63,309 bases of DNA, filler included, from Choristocarpus tenellus KU-1152 (GCA_964200185.2; 11 parts of 11 records of this genome joined end to end with filler, not necessarily neighbours in it); one strand, 5' to 3'; positions 38,358-52,900 are shown, counted from the whole stretch's first letter. Translations and numbers: made by a program. Notes: generated from the letters alone by a model not told the origin.

Positions 38358-39810
38358 ACCCCCCACCCGCTACGCCCCACAATCGACAAGACGCAAGCAA
38401 ACACCCGCACNNNNNNNNNNNNNNNNNNNNNNNNNNNNNNNNNNNNNNNNNNNNTTAATTAATTAANNNNNNNNNNNNNNNNNNNNNNNNNNNNNNNNNN
38501 NNNNNNNNNNTAAAGACCGTTTTCGCAAAACAACCATCCTCATAGTCCCGCGCCTTCCTCAATTTTGAGGATCCCCTGTTATAAGATGGATATATATATA
38601 TATATATATATGACTATGATTGAAGTTATTATCTTGCTCTTCAAGAAGGGAAACAGAAAAGTTCATGTATATTATGTCATTGTAGAACTTCCCGTCGGTT
38701 TCTGGTTCAAAAGCAACAAAGCAATCCTTAAATTTCAGTCTAACCTACTCATACTATGCCTACTACTACCTCGACAATAATACGGGAGAACAATACATAC
38801 CTATTTCCTATAGTCTGACTTCATTCAGTACACTGTAAACACTATAATAATAGCAAATTACATTTTTGTATTATATTTTAGGAGTTTCATACTTGGTTCT
38901 CTTCAATCGCGATTTTAATCGAAATGAAGACTAGAGGGGTAATTCTCGGCTGGTATTTTTCGTGCAAATTCTCGCTTTGTTTGTGGAAATCGACGATTCG
39001 CGCGCGCAATCTTGTGCGCTGTGGATGCGTTTCGAACATGTTCGTGTATATTGAATTCTTTCCAGTCAATTTATCTCAACTCATAACAAATGCCTTCGAC
39101 TGACAAGACATTTTTTTTTTCTTGTATAGTTTTGGTGTAGTAAGGGGTATATGTATGCTTTGTAGTACAGTATTTTACTACTGTAATCCGTTTTGGAAAT
39201 TGGAAGGGAGGGGTTTATGGGCGTCGCCAAGCAAAAATTGATCAGTTTCCGCAATTATTGCCGTAATGGGTCATACGTACAGGGGTGAGTGATTGGGAGA
39301 ATGGATTGACAAGCACGAATCAATAAGTAGTAGTCGATGCAGTACGTGTAGAGTAATATTAGTATGTGCTGTGTGGTACTTATCACTTACCTAATAAGTT
39401 CGAACGTAACCTAACTTACCTATTATTTTTGAAGCATAAAATATATTATTAATATACTTACGCCATTATCCATGGGCATCAACAGGTTAGACAGCGGATA
39501 TATCATGGAGAGGCACTCATTCGCAGAGAGAAATAATATCTCTCTTCACGCTGGAGGAGGAACACTTGCTTCCTTACAGTCCTTGCTCACAAGGAAGACA
39601 GAAATATTGGCCAATATATTTTTGTGTTTTATCATGCGACATCAACATTATGCATACCTACACAATACACAACCTATTATATTAATTACTTACTATTCAT
39701 TTTTCATAAATACACAACACACATTCTACCAGCAACAGTCACCATAACAATATTTCTAAAATATAAAAAATATAGAGCAATAATTTGTTCTTTGACCAAG
39801 GTTTACATCT

Positions 39811-39979
39811 GACCCAAAGTATCTGGGGGGTCTACACCAGAGTGTCCATTTGGACCAAAACCAGGAAAAGTGCACTTCATTATCCATCCAATGTATGGAA
39901 CCAAATCACCCAAAAATCGCGATATAAAAAAATTGGGCCCAATTGGACAACCGGCACACCCCCCCAGATACTTCGAACT
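39811..39979. mobile_element. MITE family A, complete
   Basis: gacccaaagtatctgggggg ... ccccccagatacttcgaac. Confidence 0.92.
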
Positions 39980-42900
39980 CTCTTGCACTGTAAATACTTT
40001 TCCTAAGGGATTATTTCAGGGCAACAAGTACTTTGTTCGAGGTTTTTCCTTAGTATAATAAATAAATGGATCAAGCTAAGAGTTAAGACGTCAGAGAGTC
40101 ACAAATGGTTAATTCTGAACCCCTGGTGGCATGGTAGGTGCATCCTTAGGGCATGCTCTCCGCCTTCCCCTTGCATGACAAGGTTACTGAGTCATAACAA
40201 CCTTTAGGATTGTAAGAATTCCCAGAAAGGGTAATAATTTTTTTTTGTATTAAGCGATGAAAAGGGTCTTGATCAATCATGGCAATTTTTATTTGTTTCT
40301 CAGTCTCTGTTCAGTACTGACACCTACTATTGTGCTCCACGTAAAACATAAAAGAGGGGTGTATTGATACAGGTTAGTTGAAAAAAGGCACACTATATAG
40401 TTACACATCATGCCCAAAAAGGGTGTACCTCTTAGTACAACTCACCCTCAAAGAGACGATCATTCAGAGATAACATGTTAGTCGAGGGGATGCAAGGAGG
40501 AGACGAAATTAAAAAAGAAACAGTTTGATTGGCCGACTGAGATTAAGTACTATCAATGCCGTATCATTTATGTCTAGATGTGATATACAAACTGAAGCAT
40601 CGCTTTTCTCATAGTGGGTTGTGGTCTTCTCGAAGTATCACTGTTACTATTATTATGATCATCATCATTGTGTATAGTGGTAGGAGTACTCTTGTTGATG
40701 GTATCACACATGAGTCCTAATCCTCTTTATCTCGATCAATCTTGGACTGATCGTTGGTGTTACATTTATTAAATTAATCGTGTTAAGGGGTGTTACGTCA
40801 CAATCAAACTTACTACTGCAGGCTGTTCTACAAATACCTTTCTTTTTATTACATAGCAAATCCGTCCAAAGAGCGATATCAACAAAGAGATACTGCTGCT
40901 TCCACACCAAGTCCTCTACCACTTCTCCTCCATCCCGGCCAGACTCCACAACATCAACCCTAACCCTAACCCTGTTTTATTTATTTTATCGACCACAGTA
41001 GCAGTAGCGGCATAAACGACACAAAAAAGGTACATATCCGAAAAAAACCAACAGGATTTATGTTGTACCCTACTTCAAAAGGAAGGCTCCTTTGGTGCCG
41101 TACTGGAGTCCCAAGCAAAACACAAAAGTACAGACCAGAACCGACCTGTACTTCAGTAAAGCACCACGAAGAGCAATTCTATGAAAGACCTCTTCTGGTC
41201 CTAGTCTGAGTGAAGCACAGACTAGGACCATCTGCCCATGCTAGAACTCAAGCATACTTCAGGCAAGTACTACAAGATCAGTACACACAGCATGAAGTGC
41301 TGCAAGCCATTTCACGCTACTGCTTCACACAATTTGTATACAACATTGGTGCAAGCTTGTAGCACCACAATCCATCACCCTGACGTGTACAGCTACCACC
41401 TGGTTGTGATTACATTCATCATGATTGGTGGGTGTGACCATAGACCGCCTTGCCTGGAGTACCTACCACAGCCTTGGTGTATATTGGATGAACACCAGCA
41501 TGGTAGGATGTCAACCTGAGGAGGGTCACGAGGGTTGCAAGCAATAATCAATGCCAGTATATTAAAGTACTCAACATCAGTATATAAAAAAAAACAATAT
41601 TTAAAAAACGCGAGAGTATACATTGGTAACTTCTTGTGCAGTCTCAAGTTGCAATGCGAGTGACCAATACATCCCCTGCCATAAACTACTATATGGTCAT
41701 CCAATCAAATACGATCAACTTTGTCACGACACATTCCATTGGCTGAATCCCCACTGTCCCACTCTGCAGTAGAACTAAGAAAAGAGTTTCAAATCGACTA
41801 ATGTACTAGGACATAAAATTACACATAAAATAAGTTTGTTCCACTAAAAGGATCCTCATGAGCACATATTGATTGGGTAATGAGAATTCTCCTCACAGCA
41901 TCATCACTATTGGTACAAGCATGATTCCGATCATGGAGAGGGAGTGAGTGAATGAACAATCTGAAGATGGAAACAGAGAAACCCTAACCCTAACAACAAA
42001 AAACAGTTTATCGTACCTCACACCTAGCAAGGACTACTGTGTCACTCACTCCCTAACCCTAACTAAAAAGTAACCATCTTTTAGACTGGAACGATCTGTG
42101 TCCCTAAGCTATTGTTTGAGCATGTAATCTGCCGCTGTTGCTAGATATGATTTGCATTGAACTACTGCACTCGGAAAAAAAAACTCCTTTTTATTATTTA
42201 TTTATTGCATTCACTTCGATAAAAAAGTAATCTTAAAAAAATATCTTGCCCATGGAGCTACTTTGCCCTTCACCTATTGGTCGGGCAGAGAACCCTCAGA
42301 CTACGAAAAATATATATTTTTTTATTTTTATACATTTTTATTACTCCTTTCAGCTACCAGTCTGAAACATAAAAATATAGATACATGTTCAACATGTATC
42401 TGGCTAAAGCAAGGCCACACCAAACCACAACCCTTACAAGCCATAACCCTAACCCTAAGGGATGGATTGGTAGCTTCCACCCAGTAGTGAGATACTTGAT
42501 ATACAAAATAAATGACTGATCAATAAATAAAATTACACTGAAACGCTATCATGCTCTTGGGAACCCCCCCCCGACAAAAACATACACCAAAACCTCCCAA
42601 AAACAATGCACTGGTCAAATCTAACCCAAATCCATAGGCTAAAGTGTATCAAGGTATTACTATCACGCCCACAGAATTCAGGTGCACCTCCATCCCCCAC
42701 CTTCAATTCTTTCCTTCCCCTCCCCAGCCCCAGGAAACACTGCCTGCGGCAAGTAAGTCCTACTACTTCAAAAATATTTGCTGTGTTTATCAAAACAGTC
42801 TTACCCAGGTTGCAGCTGCCTCCTCCCTGGTCGACTATAATCATCTTGAGGCCGTAGTTGGTGGGGGGTGACTCTCATCGTGGTTGGTGTTAGGTTCGAC

Positions 42901-43870
42901 GCGGGTCTGAAAAAATATATATATGTAGTTGAGGACATGGCATGAGACAAGAAAATTCTCCTGGAAATTTCTACGAGACGAAGAAACTGTTCCAAAAAAA
43001 ATAATACATATAATACATAACAAATTTTTCTATAGGGGTGGTATGAATGGAAAAAAACTAAATACTAATGCACTTCAAGAAATAAAAAAGAAATGCACGG
43101 ACAAAGAGACAGTTTTTTTTATTCTGTACAGAAAAATAAAAAGATCATATCGTAGTAAAATGGAACACACAAAGTAGACAGCCACTTGGCATCACACATT
43201 TGAACTTCAAAAAAACAGAGAAAAAATTCCAACTACTATGCTTCCGATACATGTTTTGTACCTTTTTTGAGTAAAATAGGGGACACAGTAGAGCAGAATA
43301 AAAAAATGAATAGAAAGTGTTCTTAAAAAACATGCAACCTACGTGCCTAGTCGGACAACAGATGCCACAGGTGGACTGACTACTCTCACCTCAATAATAT
43401 CTCTATCCCTATCCCTATCCCTAACCCTAATCTCAACTCCAGCCGAGTGCTAACAAGCAGTGATGGTACGTGATCGTGGTATGGGTTTTGTCCCAAAAAG
43501 CATTACGGGATGGACGTGAGAACCGTTACGGTACCCTGCGCTCTGCAGTTGTAACAGATAGGCGAGGCATGCACAGGTGGATGTACTTCTTCCGGGTGGG
43601 GATGAACAACCAAGTTGAAGCAAAATCAGGGCAAGAAAAATTGTAGAATTTTAGAAGTGTGTACGGGGATCAAAAGTATCACTGCTGAGACTCCCATCCA
43701 TGTCCATCTTCCCCCCCCCCCCCCCCATAATTTGTGCCCTTTGGGCCCTTCCCACAAAAGATCATATACTNNNNNNNNNNNNNNNNNNNNNNNNNNNNNN
43801 NNNNNNNNNNNNNNTTAATTAATTAANNNNNNNNNNNNNNNNNNNNNNNNNNNNNNNNNNNNNNNNNNNN

Positions 43871-46800
43871 CCTCCCCCCTCCTTCATCCTTCTGTACCCC
43901 GCCCGTTACCCCACCACTGCTAAATGCTCCACCTCCACTGCCTGGGCCATTACTCCCCCCCTCCCCCATCTCACCTCCACCCTCATCACTGCCAACCCCA
44001 AGTCCCGACAGTGTCGAACGGAGCTTCGCCCCAACCTCTGCTAACGATGCCCCCACACCTGCCCCATCAGCTACAGAGCTTCCCCTCGCCCCACCCACTC
44101 CATCCCCCTCTCCCCTCCCCATGTTCCCAGCTGCAGACCTAGCCCCAAGTCCACCCCCTCCAATATTCCTCTTATCTTCTGCATCAAGACCATCTAGGAG
44201 GTCGACGGTCTCTAATCGTCTGAGGATGCTGGCCAAGAGGTTGTCACCCCCTCCCCCTGGACTTGCCCTTTCCTTGTTGGTGTCATCAGTTGAGTGTCCT
44301 TCGGCAGGGGTTGGTAGAACTCCTTGTGCTACAAGCTCAGATCGGACAATATCCTGAATATTTGCAGTGAAACATAGTGCAAGAAAGAAGGGGCGATGGG
44401 GTTTGTGGGGGAAGAGAGGGGGAAACTTTATGTGCTTGTGGTGCAATAAAAGCTGGCTATCCTTACAACCATCAGGGAAAATACAAATACACGTATCACT
44501 GTTCAGGAGGTCGATACATCCACAATATATAGGTGCCACAAAGTTTAACTATACACTAAGAACAATAGCCAGATGGAAAATTAAACTGCATGGGCAGCAG
44601 AGCCACATCCTACCATGCAACAACGGTGCAAGCAAACCATGGAACCATACAGGTATTGATGTATTCATCCTTCACAATATATTGAAAAACATACAGGGAC
44701 TCGATCCACAAATGCCAATCTACAAAAGAAATACTCCCCCTTATCTCCTCCCCTCTTCACTCACCACCCCTCTACCTTGAAATCTTGCTAGCCTTGAGCC
44801 CTGGTACTCACTATATCTCCATACCTTCATCAACTGAGCACGAATTCAGCCATGTCTTACTCCCTGCAACACCACATCCTCAACACATAATCCCGTATCT
44901 AATCCTAGCATTTTGCAGAGGTAACAAACACAAAAATATGTCTCTTCATTATAGCACCAATATGTCTTGATCAGGAAGATGTACTGCAGGGGCATGTACA
45001 TGTATCTCCAAAACAACTCATGGAGAGACAGTTGGACCTTCAAAACATTCAGCCCCTCACATCGAGCCCAACATCAGGCAGAATGCAAACAACACTGAAT
45101 ACAAACAGAGCAATGTTTTTCAACACCTTTAATCCATCCACTCGCCCACGGAGGGACAAACTCGTTGTTGCTGGCTGTGAGGAAGGAGCAGGGATGATAA
45201 TGCAAGGACATACATCATCCAGACAAACAATGATCACAGGCAAAGGTGGGTGGGGTAGGGAGGTTAGAGACTCGACCGCGTACATCTCTTGTCAAAAGCT
45301 AAAAGACTACTAGAAATTGGAATATTTAGGGGGTGAAGTTTGCACACGAAAAAAGCAACCAAGCGAAATTGCTTGATGTGGCCCATCCCCTCCTTACACC
45401 TCCCCCTCCCTATTGCATCTCTCTCTACTTTACCAAGAACGCCCGTTGATATCGATCGTGAGAGATTGGTGGGAGAGGAGTTGGGACTAAAGGATGACTC
45501 TATTTCGTGACATGCCGTGTTATATGTTGTATTGGCACATCAAAACCCCCAGTTCTCAACACTTGTCACTTACACCCTTCACACCTTCCTCCCTGTATCA
45601 ACACCACCAAAGCATTACTTAGTGTTTCCACTGATAATGTTTACTTTCCTTCGTATCCCTCAACAAAAATAAACAGGTGAAACACTAGAGTCAGCAGCAC
45701 ACATGTTTTACAGCACAAAGTCTCCACTCTATATTTCCTACTCAAAAGATACACCTGCAACATGTAGACAATGTAACACCTCCACTACTACCCTGCTATA
45801 CAGTCACTAAATCATCCCCCTCACCATCCCACAAATTGTATCTATTCCGAGATATGATATCACCTAAACAATGAGCATTATTGTGGTTGAAATGTAGAAA
45901 AAAATATTAACATTATCTTCTTTCCCACTCCACAACAGAGTTGACCAGTCTCAACTCTTCATTCCCACAAAGGCCATGAACAACACTTGCATACATGTAC
46001 ACACACTCCTGCCTGTACACATGGACCACACAAGTGCATAAACAAGTTACCTGTCCCTGCTCTGCTTGAAAGGTAGTTCCCCTATCTGGCTCATAAAACC
46101 CTCCCAAAGTGAGCCCACCAATGAGCTCTTCCAGAAATCCTGGCCCACCTCCACCCTGGGCAGCACCCAATCCCCCACCGCCAGCACCTGAGTCCACAGT
46201 CTCTCTCTTGACCTCCTCCGCAGGTGCAGGGACTAGTGCAGTCATCCTTTCAGATCGACAAATGGATGATGTGTTGAGGGATTGAGAACAAAAAGAAATG
46301 TTAGAATACTATCCATACGAAGTGTGTGTGCCTGAACCTCCTCTGTAACCCCGTGTTGAACATCAGTACCACTGTTTCCCACTGTGGTTCAAACTTTAGG
46401 TCAGCCAAGAGCAGTCTCTGCGTCTTGTCTTGTGTACAGAGATAACCACAGTTAATCAACCCCCACATTTGCACAGCGGTTGGACAACATCAAGTTGGCC
46501 TCAGCTTTAATGGCTGACTCAAACCTGGGGTCAACTGGCACCTATGTTTTCTTCAAATACTGTCTCCAATCGATACGCATAGATTTTTAGAATTACCATT
46601 CTTCTAGTCAACCCATGAATCATGACTGACCCGATCGACTACTCAAGTTGAATAGCATGTTGCCATAGCGTGTCTAGTGCTGTCTTTCTATTCCCGTATT
46701 CCCTAAAGCGTAAAGCAGGAGTGGGGGGTGGGGTCATGGGAGTGATTGTTACCTTGAGAAGTGCATCGCGAGTGGGCGCGGCAAACCTCCTCTCTCGGGA

Positions 46801-47680
46801 TCCCTGCAACTCATTAGTATGTCCGAGAAGTTAAGGAGGCGGGCATTGCTACCATTCAGGTGAGTCAGCACATCACCCACCAATAGCTGTACACGGCACG
46901 GAAGATTGGGACATGGTGTGGACAATTGGGGCTGGGGCATCATAGAAGTTCAAGGGTTCAGTGTGTCACAAGCAAATAGATATGCGACACCAATGTCGCC
47001 GATCTCTCATCTATTGCTGCGAAAGATGAGTCCATAGCTTCTGTAGAGTGGGAGAGACGGAGAGAGATAGGACACGAGCGAGCAATAGGTTTTGCACGGC
47101 GAGTGTGTGTGGTAGTCCTCACCTTTCCCTGCACCTCTAGTAGACTGGGTTCACCGTTATCCCAGGGAATGAACCCTTGCACCCTTGCACCCAGGTAGTC
47201 CTCCTCTGGCGAAAGGACCAAAAAATTCAACACATCGCTGTGCATCACCTCCAACTCAAAAGCGTTCCCATCTTCGTCTAGGTCCTACCTCATTTATTCA
47301 TAGGGGTTGTTGGATGGATGGAAATGAAGGTTCATCAGTGTAATCGCGAGAGTTGACACTTTTTCGAAGTGTTTTCAGGAATAGGACGGAAATGTCACTT
47401 GAATTCATAACGACATTTCGTGAGGGTAGAACCAAACCCAATGGCAGAACTGCAAAATTAAAATCGTGCGCGTGCACGGAAGAGTTCAAGTTCTTGGCAC
47501 AGTAATGATACGCCCTCGAAGTACCTTGACCACGATTCCGGCCTCCTCCAGAGCGTTGGCGAGTTCCTCGTCCTCCTCCATAAGGCAAACCTCGTCGGAA
47601 TCGTCAGACAGTTCCTCGGTCACATCCACATCATCCCCGTCTCCATCCACCCCCGTTAGAGAATCGTCCGTAGACGCCAT
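43871..47680 (-). CDS. PDZ-domain protein with acidic N-terminus and Gly-rich regions, 3' end cut by contig end
   Basis: Phase-consistent exons 47680-47525, 47284-47123, 46886-46753, 46246-46051, 45174-45127, 44353->43871. GARVQGF...PSLLEVQGKLLVGDVLTHLNG...PLAMHFSR is PDZ-like. Confidence 0.75.
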
Positions 47681-47921
47681 CTCTCTGGGAATGGAGGCAA
47701 TTCTTTCCTCCCAAAACACAGTTAAGGTCTAAGTAGTTGCGAACCTATGTATTAACACGACTAATGTTAGTACTACAACTTGTAAATATGAAGGAAAAGT
47801 CCATTTGAGTAAGGCCTCGCAAGTAATAACAGGATATTACCACATCACCTTGATTGGGAAGTATCTCATTTCAAACACATTCCATCCTGCGATCTAGGAT
47901 CCTGGGTCTCCCTCATATATC
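47681..47921. promoter_or_regulatory. Putative bidirectional promoter region
   Basis: 241 bp between divergent start codons at 47680 (-) and 47922 (+). Confidence 0.55.
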
Positions 47922-49760
47922 ATGGCGTCAGTACCCCGGAAGTCTGGATCACAGACAGGATGCATTACGCTTATGCAACCGCGAATGACAACAGTAGGAT
48001 TAGAGGTGGGGCATAAGAAGAAAACAATGGAGTGTCTGTGAAGGTATCCATCCACCTATCACCATTATATTTTGCTCCAGGATACAACCACATTACAGAA
48101 CACCGTGATATATGATTATGAAATCTGTTAGGTATCACTCCACACTTGCCCTAAGGCCTTGTTGAGGGAACTAAAGCACGTCTTTAGTGGGGTTGGAGGC
48201 CTAGGGGAGTGTCTCGCCATTCCAACTAACCAGCATGCAGAATTGGACCTGGTGAACATTGGGGACAAGGTTGAGAAAGAAAAGGATCGTTTGCTTAATA
48301 CGGTGAGGTGCTTGACTTGGAGTTGCTGGGCATGAAAAAGACTGTAAAATGCGGTGCAAGTCTGCGTTGTGGCATCTCGGTAGAGTTCGAAAGCAAGTCT
48401 AATTAGCCTATTGATACCAGCCCATTGGTTTGCTTTCTTCCCGAAAGGGGCATGCTTTCTTTATACTGTGCCTTTTACCTGATGCCGCCACCATCCGTTA
48501 TCCGCCGCCTATGACTGCAACATACTTGATCGCCCTTCCCAAACAGTTTGTGACGTTTGCATCCAGCGTGTGCGAAAAAATCCGCCAAGAGGGGTATTGG
48601 GCTGACTACATCGACCCTTGCTCTGGATTACCGGTGATGACCTTGAAGTATTGCTTTCTTTTTGCTCCGAGGGGATACTCAACCACTTCGGGAGTGCAGC
48701 AGTTCCGATCATGGAGCCAGACGTTTTGTGACCCCTACCCCACACCTACATGTTTCGCATACAAAAAATTGTTTCAAAATCACTTTATCCCTGCTGAGAT
48801 CAGACCTGATAGAAGATATGTATATGTGCATGAATTGTTACATCTGGTTGCTCAGTTTGCCAACTATTAGACCGCACAAGACCAAGCATGTGTCGGGTAT
48901 CTGGTGCTATCTATCCCTACTCCCCCAATGCAATTGTAGCTTAGTGTTGGTGGACGATGATTTCTTCCGTGCCATGACTCCCACAACAGTCCCTTGCATT
49001 TCTGCCCCTTGTCGCCATTTCCCTCATAACCATAAATTCCAGATGCTCTCAGGAGGTAACAAGGTGTATAGTGAAGTGGAGGGGATGCAGCTGCTCCTGC
49101 AGTACCAAGTAAGTTCCGTTATTAGAGGTAAACAAATTTAGACAAGGGATCATTTCTGCAGCTTAAAGGCAGGTGCACATAGCAGGCGTTTGTTGTCAAG
49201 GTCAACAGAACCTGTTGCGCAAATATCTTTATTGCAATGATGCATGTTTTGGTCTAAGTTGGATTGTCCGTCTGTATTTGTTTGTTGGGTATAGAAATCA
49301 AAACAGTGAAGATATGCTGGACAAGGAGTCAACCATAAAGGAATGTCCAGAGTATCTGGTCACTCTAATTTACTATTGTGCACAAGAGTTTTGTCACAAA
49401 ATGCTTTTAATCTACTTTTAGCAATAATAGGGAACTGGTTGTGGGCGCCATCTGCCTATGGTTCTTTTTGCAACAAAGTCTGCCGCATGTGTATGACTCT
49501 TGCAACTTTGTTGCTGTGTGTGTTTCTGAGTTCCTAATTGCTGTCTATTCTTGTCATCACTTCTCCTAACCCACTCACCTTACTACTCGCACACTCCTTT
49601 CGCCGAGAAGGTGATGAATGCTGGCACATGCAAGGTTCTGTTACATCCCAGATGGGGGTCGTCTGTGTACCCAGCGTCCCTGTTTTCTACAGCCCCAGTG
49701 TCTGCCATCCAACAGCTTCTTGATGAACACTGGTCCAGTAATCCTGCTGTTGAGAAGTGA
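47922..49760 (+). CDS. MMADHC: Cobalamin trafficking protein CblD/MMADHC homologue (185 aa)
   Basis: Exons 47922-48005, 48132-48302, 48547-48633, 49043-49108, 49611-49760, all phase 0. Motifs: LEVSLHTCPKALLRELKHVF...EKEKDRLLNTF...GYWADYIDPCSGLP...GTCKVLLHPRWGSSVYPASLFSTAP. Confidence 0.93.
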
Positions 49761-51844
49761 GAGGATGGCTATGATTGCGTGGTTGGTGGTGCATGGTTGT
49801 GGTGGTGAATAGCATTGGGGAAGGTTGCTGGTGGTACCAGTGCAGTCATTTTAGCTCCTACACCAGTGTAGAATATTAGGGATGTTTAAGTGTGTGTCAT
49901 GTACTGACCTAACAAAATGCGAATGCTTCTTATATGCAGACACTGCTGGAAAGTTATATAGGCTCAGCCATGGAACGCCATGTTTTATTGACAAATTTAC
50001 ACAACTTGTTCATGAGTTGAAGGTTGTTTGCAAGGGTGAAGATACACACAATTTTGAAGTATATTGTGGTATTAAGGTTTGGTATGGGTGATGTATTAGG
50101 TTGGAGTTTTTTGTGTGGTCTCTGGTTTTGTTGTGTTGTGGAGCTCCATCATGAATGGATAGTCCTGGTGTTTTGGCTCAAACACCTGTAGTCCAATATG
50201 TTCATGCATAGATTGGTTGAAGTGTGTCTGCGCGTTGCATTCCATCATTGTGAATATGTTGTCTCCCCAAGATTAAAAAAATATCCCCGCCATTGCATAG
50301 TGTGGTACGTAACACAATGCATTATCTGTAAGCAGGGTGCCCCTCTTTGCCTCCATACTAGGTGCAAGTGTGGTTTCGATTGTATTGTGTTTCACTACCC
50401 ATGACCTCACCACCTACAGGATGTTTTTTTACTCCCATGGCAACAATCTATCAGAGGTCCCTGCATGGTGCATCTGCACGGTGCATCTTTATTGTCCCAT
50501 ATGTAGTATACATCTATTATCTGACACTGCCCGATAATGTAGTTGGTCTCGTTGTGTTGTTTGCCTGTCTCATGATTTTCACCTTACCCAGGGGACACCC
50601 TTTCCAGTTGATATTGCTGTGGTCTGTGCAGTTGTCCAGTTTTTTTTTATTATTGGGAGCTTTGAATAGTATTCAGAGATTCCTATTGATGATGGCATAG
50701 GGAATAGTAAATGGCTGGGGGTCAAATTCTTCCAGAAAATCTTACACTCATGCTGGAAGTCATGTTTAATCATTCATCATGAAAAACGAAGAGGGCTCTC
50801 ACTCGATGCCTATAGCTGGTGACATCTTGTAGTGCTACATTTGTTCACAGTGTTTAGTATGCAGGATAGCACTGTGCGTAGTGCCTCTGAACACAGGTTA
50901 GGACTGTCCCCACACTACATCAAAATAAAAAAATAGCTGTTTTGCCTTTTTTGAAGTGGGACAAAACACAGTTTTTGTTTTTGTCCACGCTTCCTGCACA
51001 TGAACATGGCGTGATCATGGGGAACCTCAAAAGATATCAGGCTGGTTGTTGCCTCACCCCTACTTTACCTGAAAGCTTCACAACTCCTCGCATTCCCATC
51101 AATATACTTAGTGGAACTCATGGGTTTTAAAGGCTAACCCAGGATGTTTCCTTGCAGAAGGTCCTGGCTTGTGTTGTCATGCACGACGACTGGACGAGAC
51201 CATGCAGGCAAGGATTGGAGCTTTTTTTGTGCACCCATGTGACTACCCCCATGTTAGTCAATATAGAAACTTGAGACGTGGCCTTTCTCCCATGTCTAAC
51301 TGTATGTGTACCCCCTGTTGAGCTTGACTCAGACCCGGGACCCACAACTACCTCTGTTTTAGCTTCAGATAAGACTCAGACCACAATCCATGGTGAAGCA
51401 GGGACCCGAGTCTATAGACCATTGCTCAAGCAAACCCTGCCCAATTCAAACCATGGAATGTGCAATACATAGTAACTTCAGAGAAAGGCAAGAGCCTCAC
51501 AACTGGTTGCTGTTCAACAACCTTCTAAACATTGCAAATTGTCATACGTTACGTTGGTTTATGTCAGCAGCAGAGTGACGTTTTTGTTGAGCGGAAGTGG
51601 CACTACTATGTACAAAAATGACCCCTGCTGACAGCCTTCAGTAGTGCACATTTTTCTCTCCCAAGGGTAAGGATTCGATCAGCCGCCCTGTACTATTTCT
51701 TCTCTCATTAGTCGTAGTCTCTGACTCTCATGGAGCAGGTACGCAACAGGAAGCTCAGTATACTTTCGAAACAGTTTTTTATTCATATATTTGGAAGGGT
51801 TTCAGTTTAGTGGTTGGTTCAGTACAACTGATAAGGACATTGTT

Positions 51845-52900
51845 AACGGTCTATGCAGAATTCCTTTTTCTCTTTGCAACAAGTGCAAAAGTCCATATCG
51901 CTCAGCCAACTTGGAAAATGTGGATTTGGCAGATGGAATTTTCCAGATTTCAATGGCAGCCCACCCAGAATAAATCCCGTACCTACCTGTTACACCATAG
52001 CATCTATGTCTACGTTCAGTTTGGTTGTCAATCGTGCCAAAACATACCTACAGGGTACAAGGTGTACAATAGTAATATGAACAGTGAGGTAAGTTCAAAA
52101 AAAGATAAAAAGTCAAATCTAGTGATAGGCCCTATTAATGCATACCAATACAACTTATGGTCATATTCAACGGGGACGTGGTACATACTGAACCTACTAG
52201 TCCTTTTTGGAAGATAGACAGGCCACGCAAATGGGAAGACCTGAACTCTAATGCACCATTTGCTCACTCAGTTTTCACATCCATACAGTGTAGAGTCACA
52301 GCGCTGTTGTGCACTTGGGGGTTGGTTCCATTCTTATTGTCATGCAATTCACTCCCTCCTCTTGCATATCCCTGTACACCAATTTCGATTTCAGTCCAGA
52401 TCTCCACCAGTCTGAATACTTTACAATATATCTCACTATCAATAGAGATCTAGAAAGGATAAGCAAGGGCGGTGATATTACACCCAAGACCGTAACGCCC
52501 ACCACTGTGATAGGGGCTTGTATGACCTTGATTGTGTAAATGCAATTGAGCAAATGCAAAGACCAAGGCAAGCCAATAAAATCATACTTGAACAGAAAGT
52601 GGTTCCGCTGCAGAGCTAGTACTATGATCCTAAATGTGTACAGTGTTCTACCTAAATGAGTAGTGACGTTGTGACCTTACATGACCACCTCCTCCTTATT
52701 CATCTGTCCCTTCAAAAACGGATAGAATCAGATTATTGTGGAAAATATCAAGGTCAACAAATCTGCAGCTAACACTTGAATTTGAATTTAGATGCAAGAG
52801 AAGGTGATAACATCTCAATATAGACTCGTTATCCTCTCATCAGCCTTTAACAGCAAAATGTTTATGGGGAGCTCATCCACCAAACCTCAAGAACCTACAC
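51845..52900 (-). pseudogene. Decayed leucine-rich-repeat module (N-cap plus LRRs)
   Basis: Pieces across frameshifts and stops: GLVDELPINILLL; FVDLDIFHNNL; SIDSEIYCKVF/TGGD/NRNWCTG (like the DxxALxxLFxxTGGxxWxxNxNW cap); HLRGLSIFQKGLVGSV; FPSWLSDM. Confidence 0.5.

Noticed and set aside
38030-38410. Poly-C tracts giving a polyproline ORF
   Set aside because: Low-quality homopolymer sequence next to gaps.
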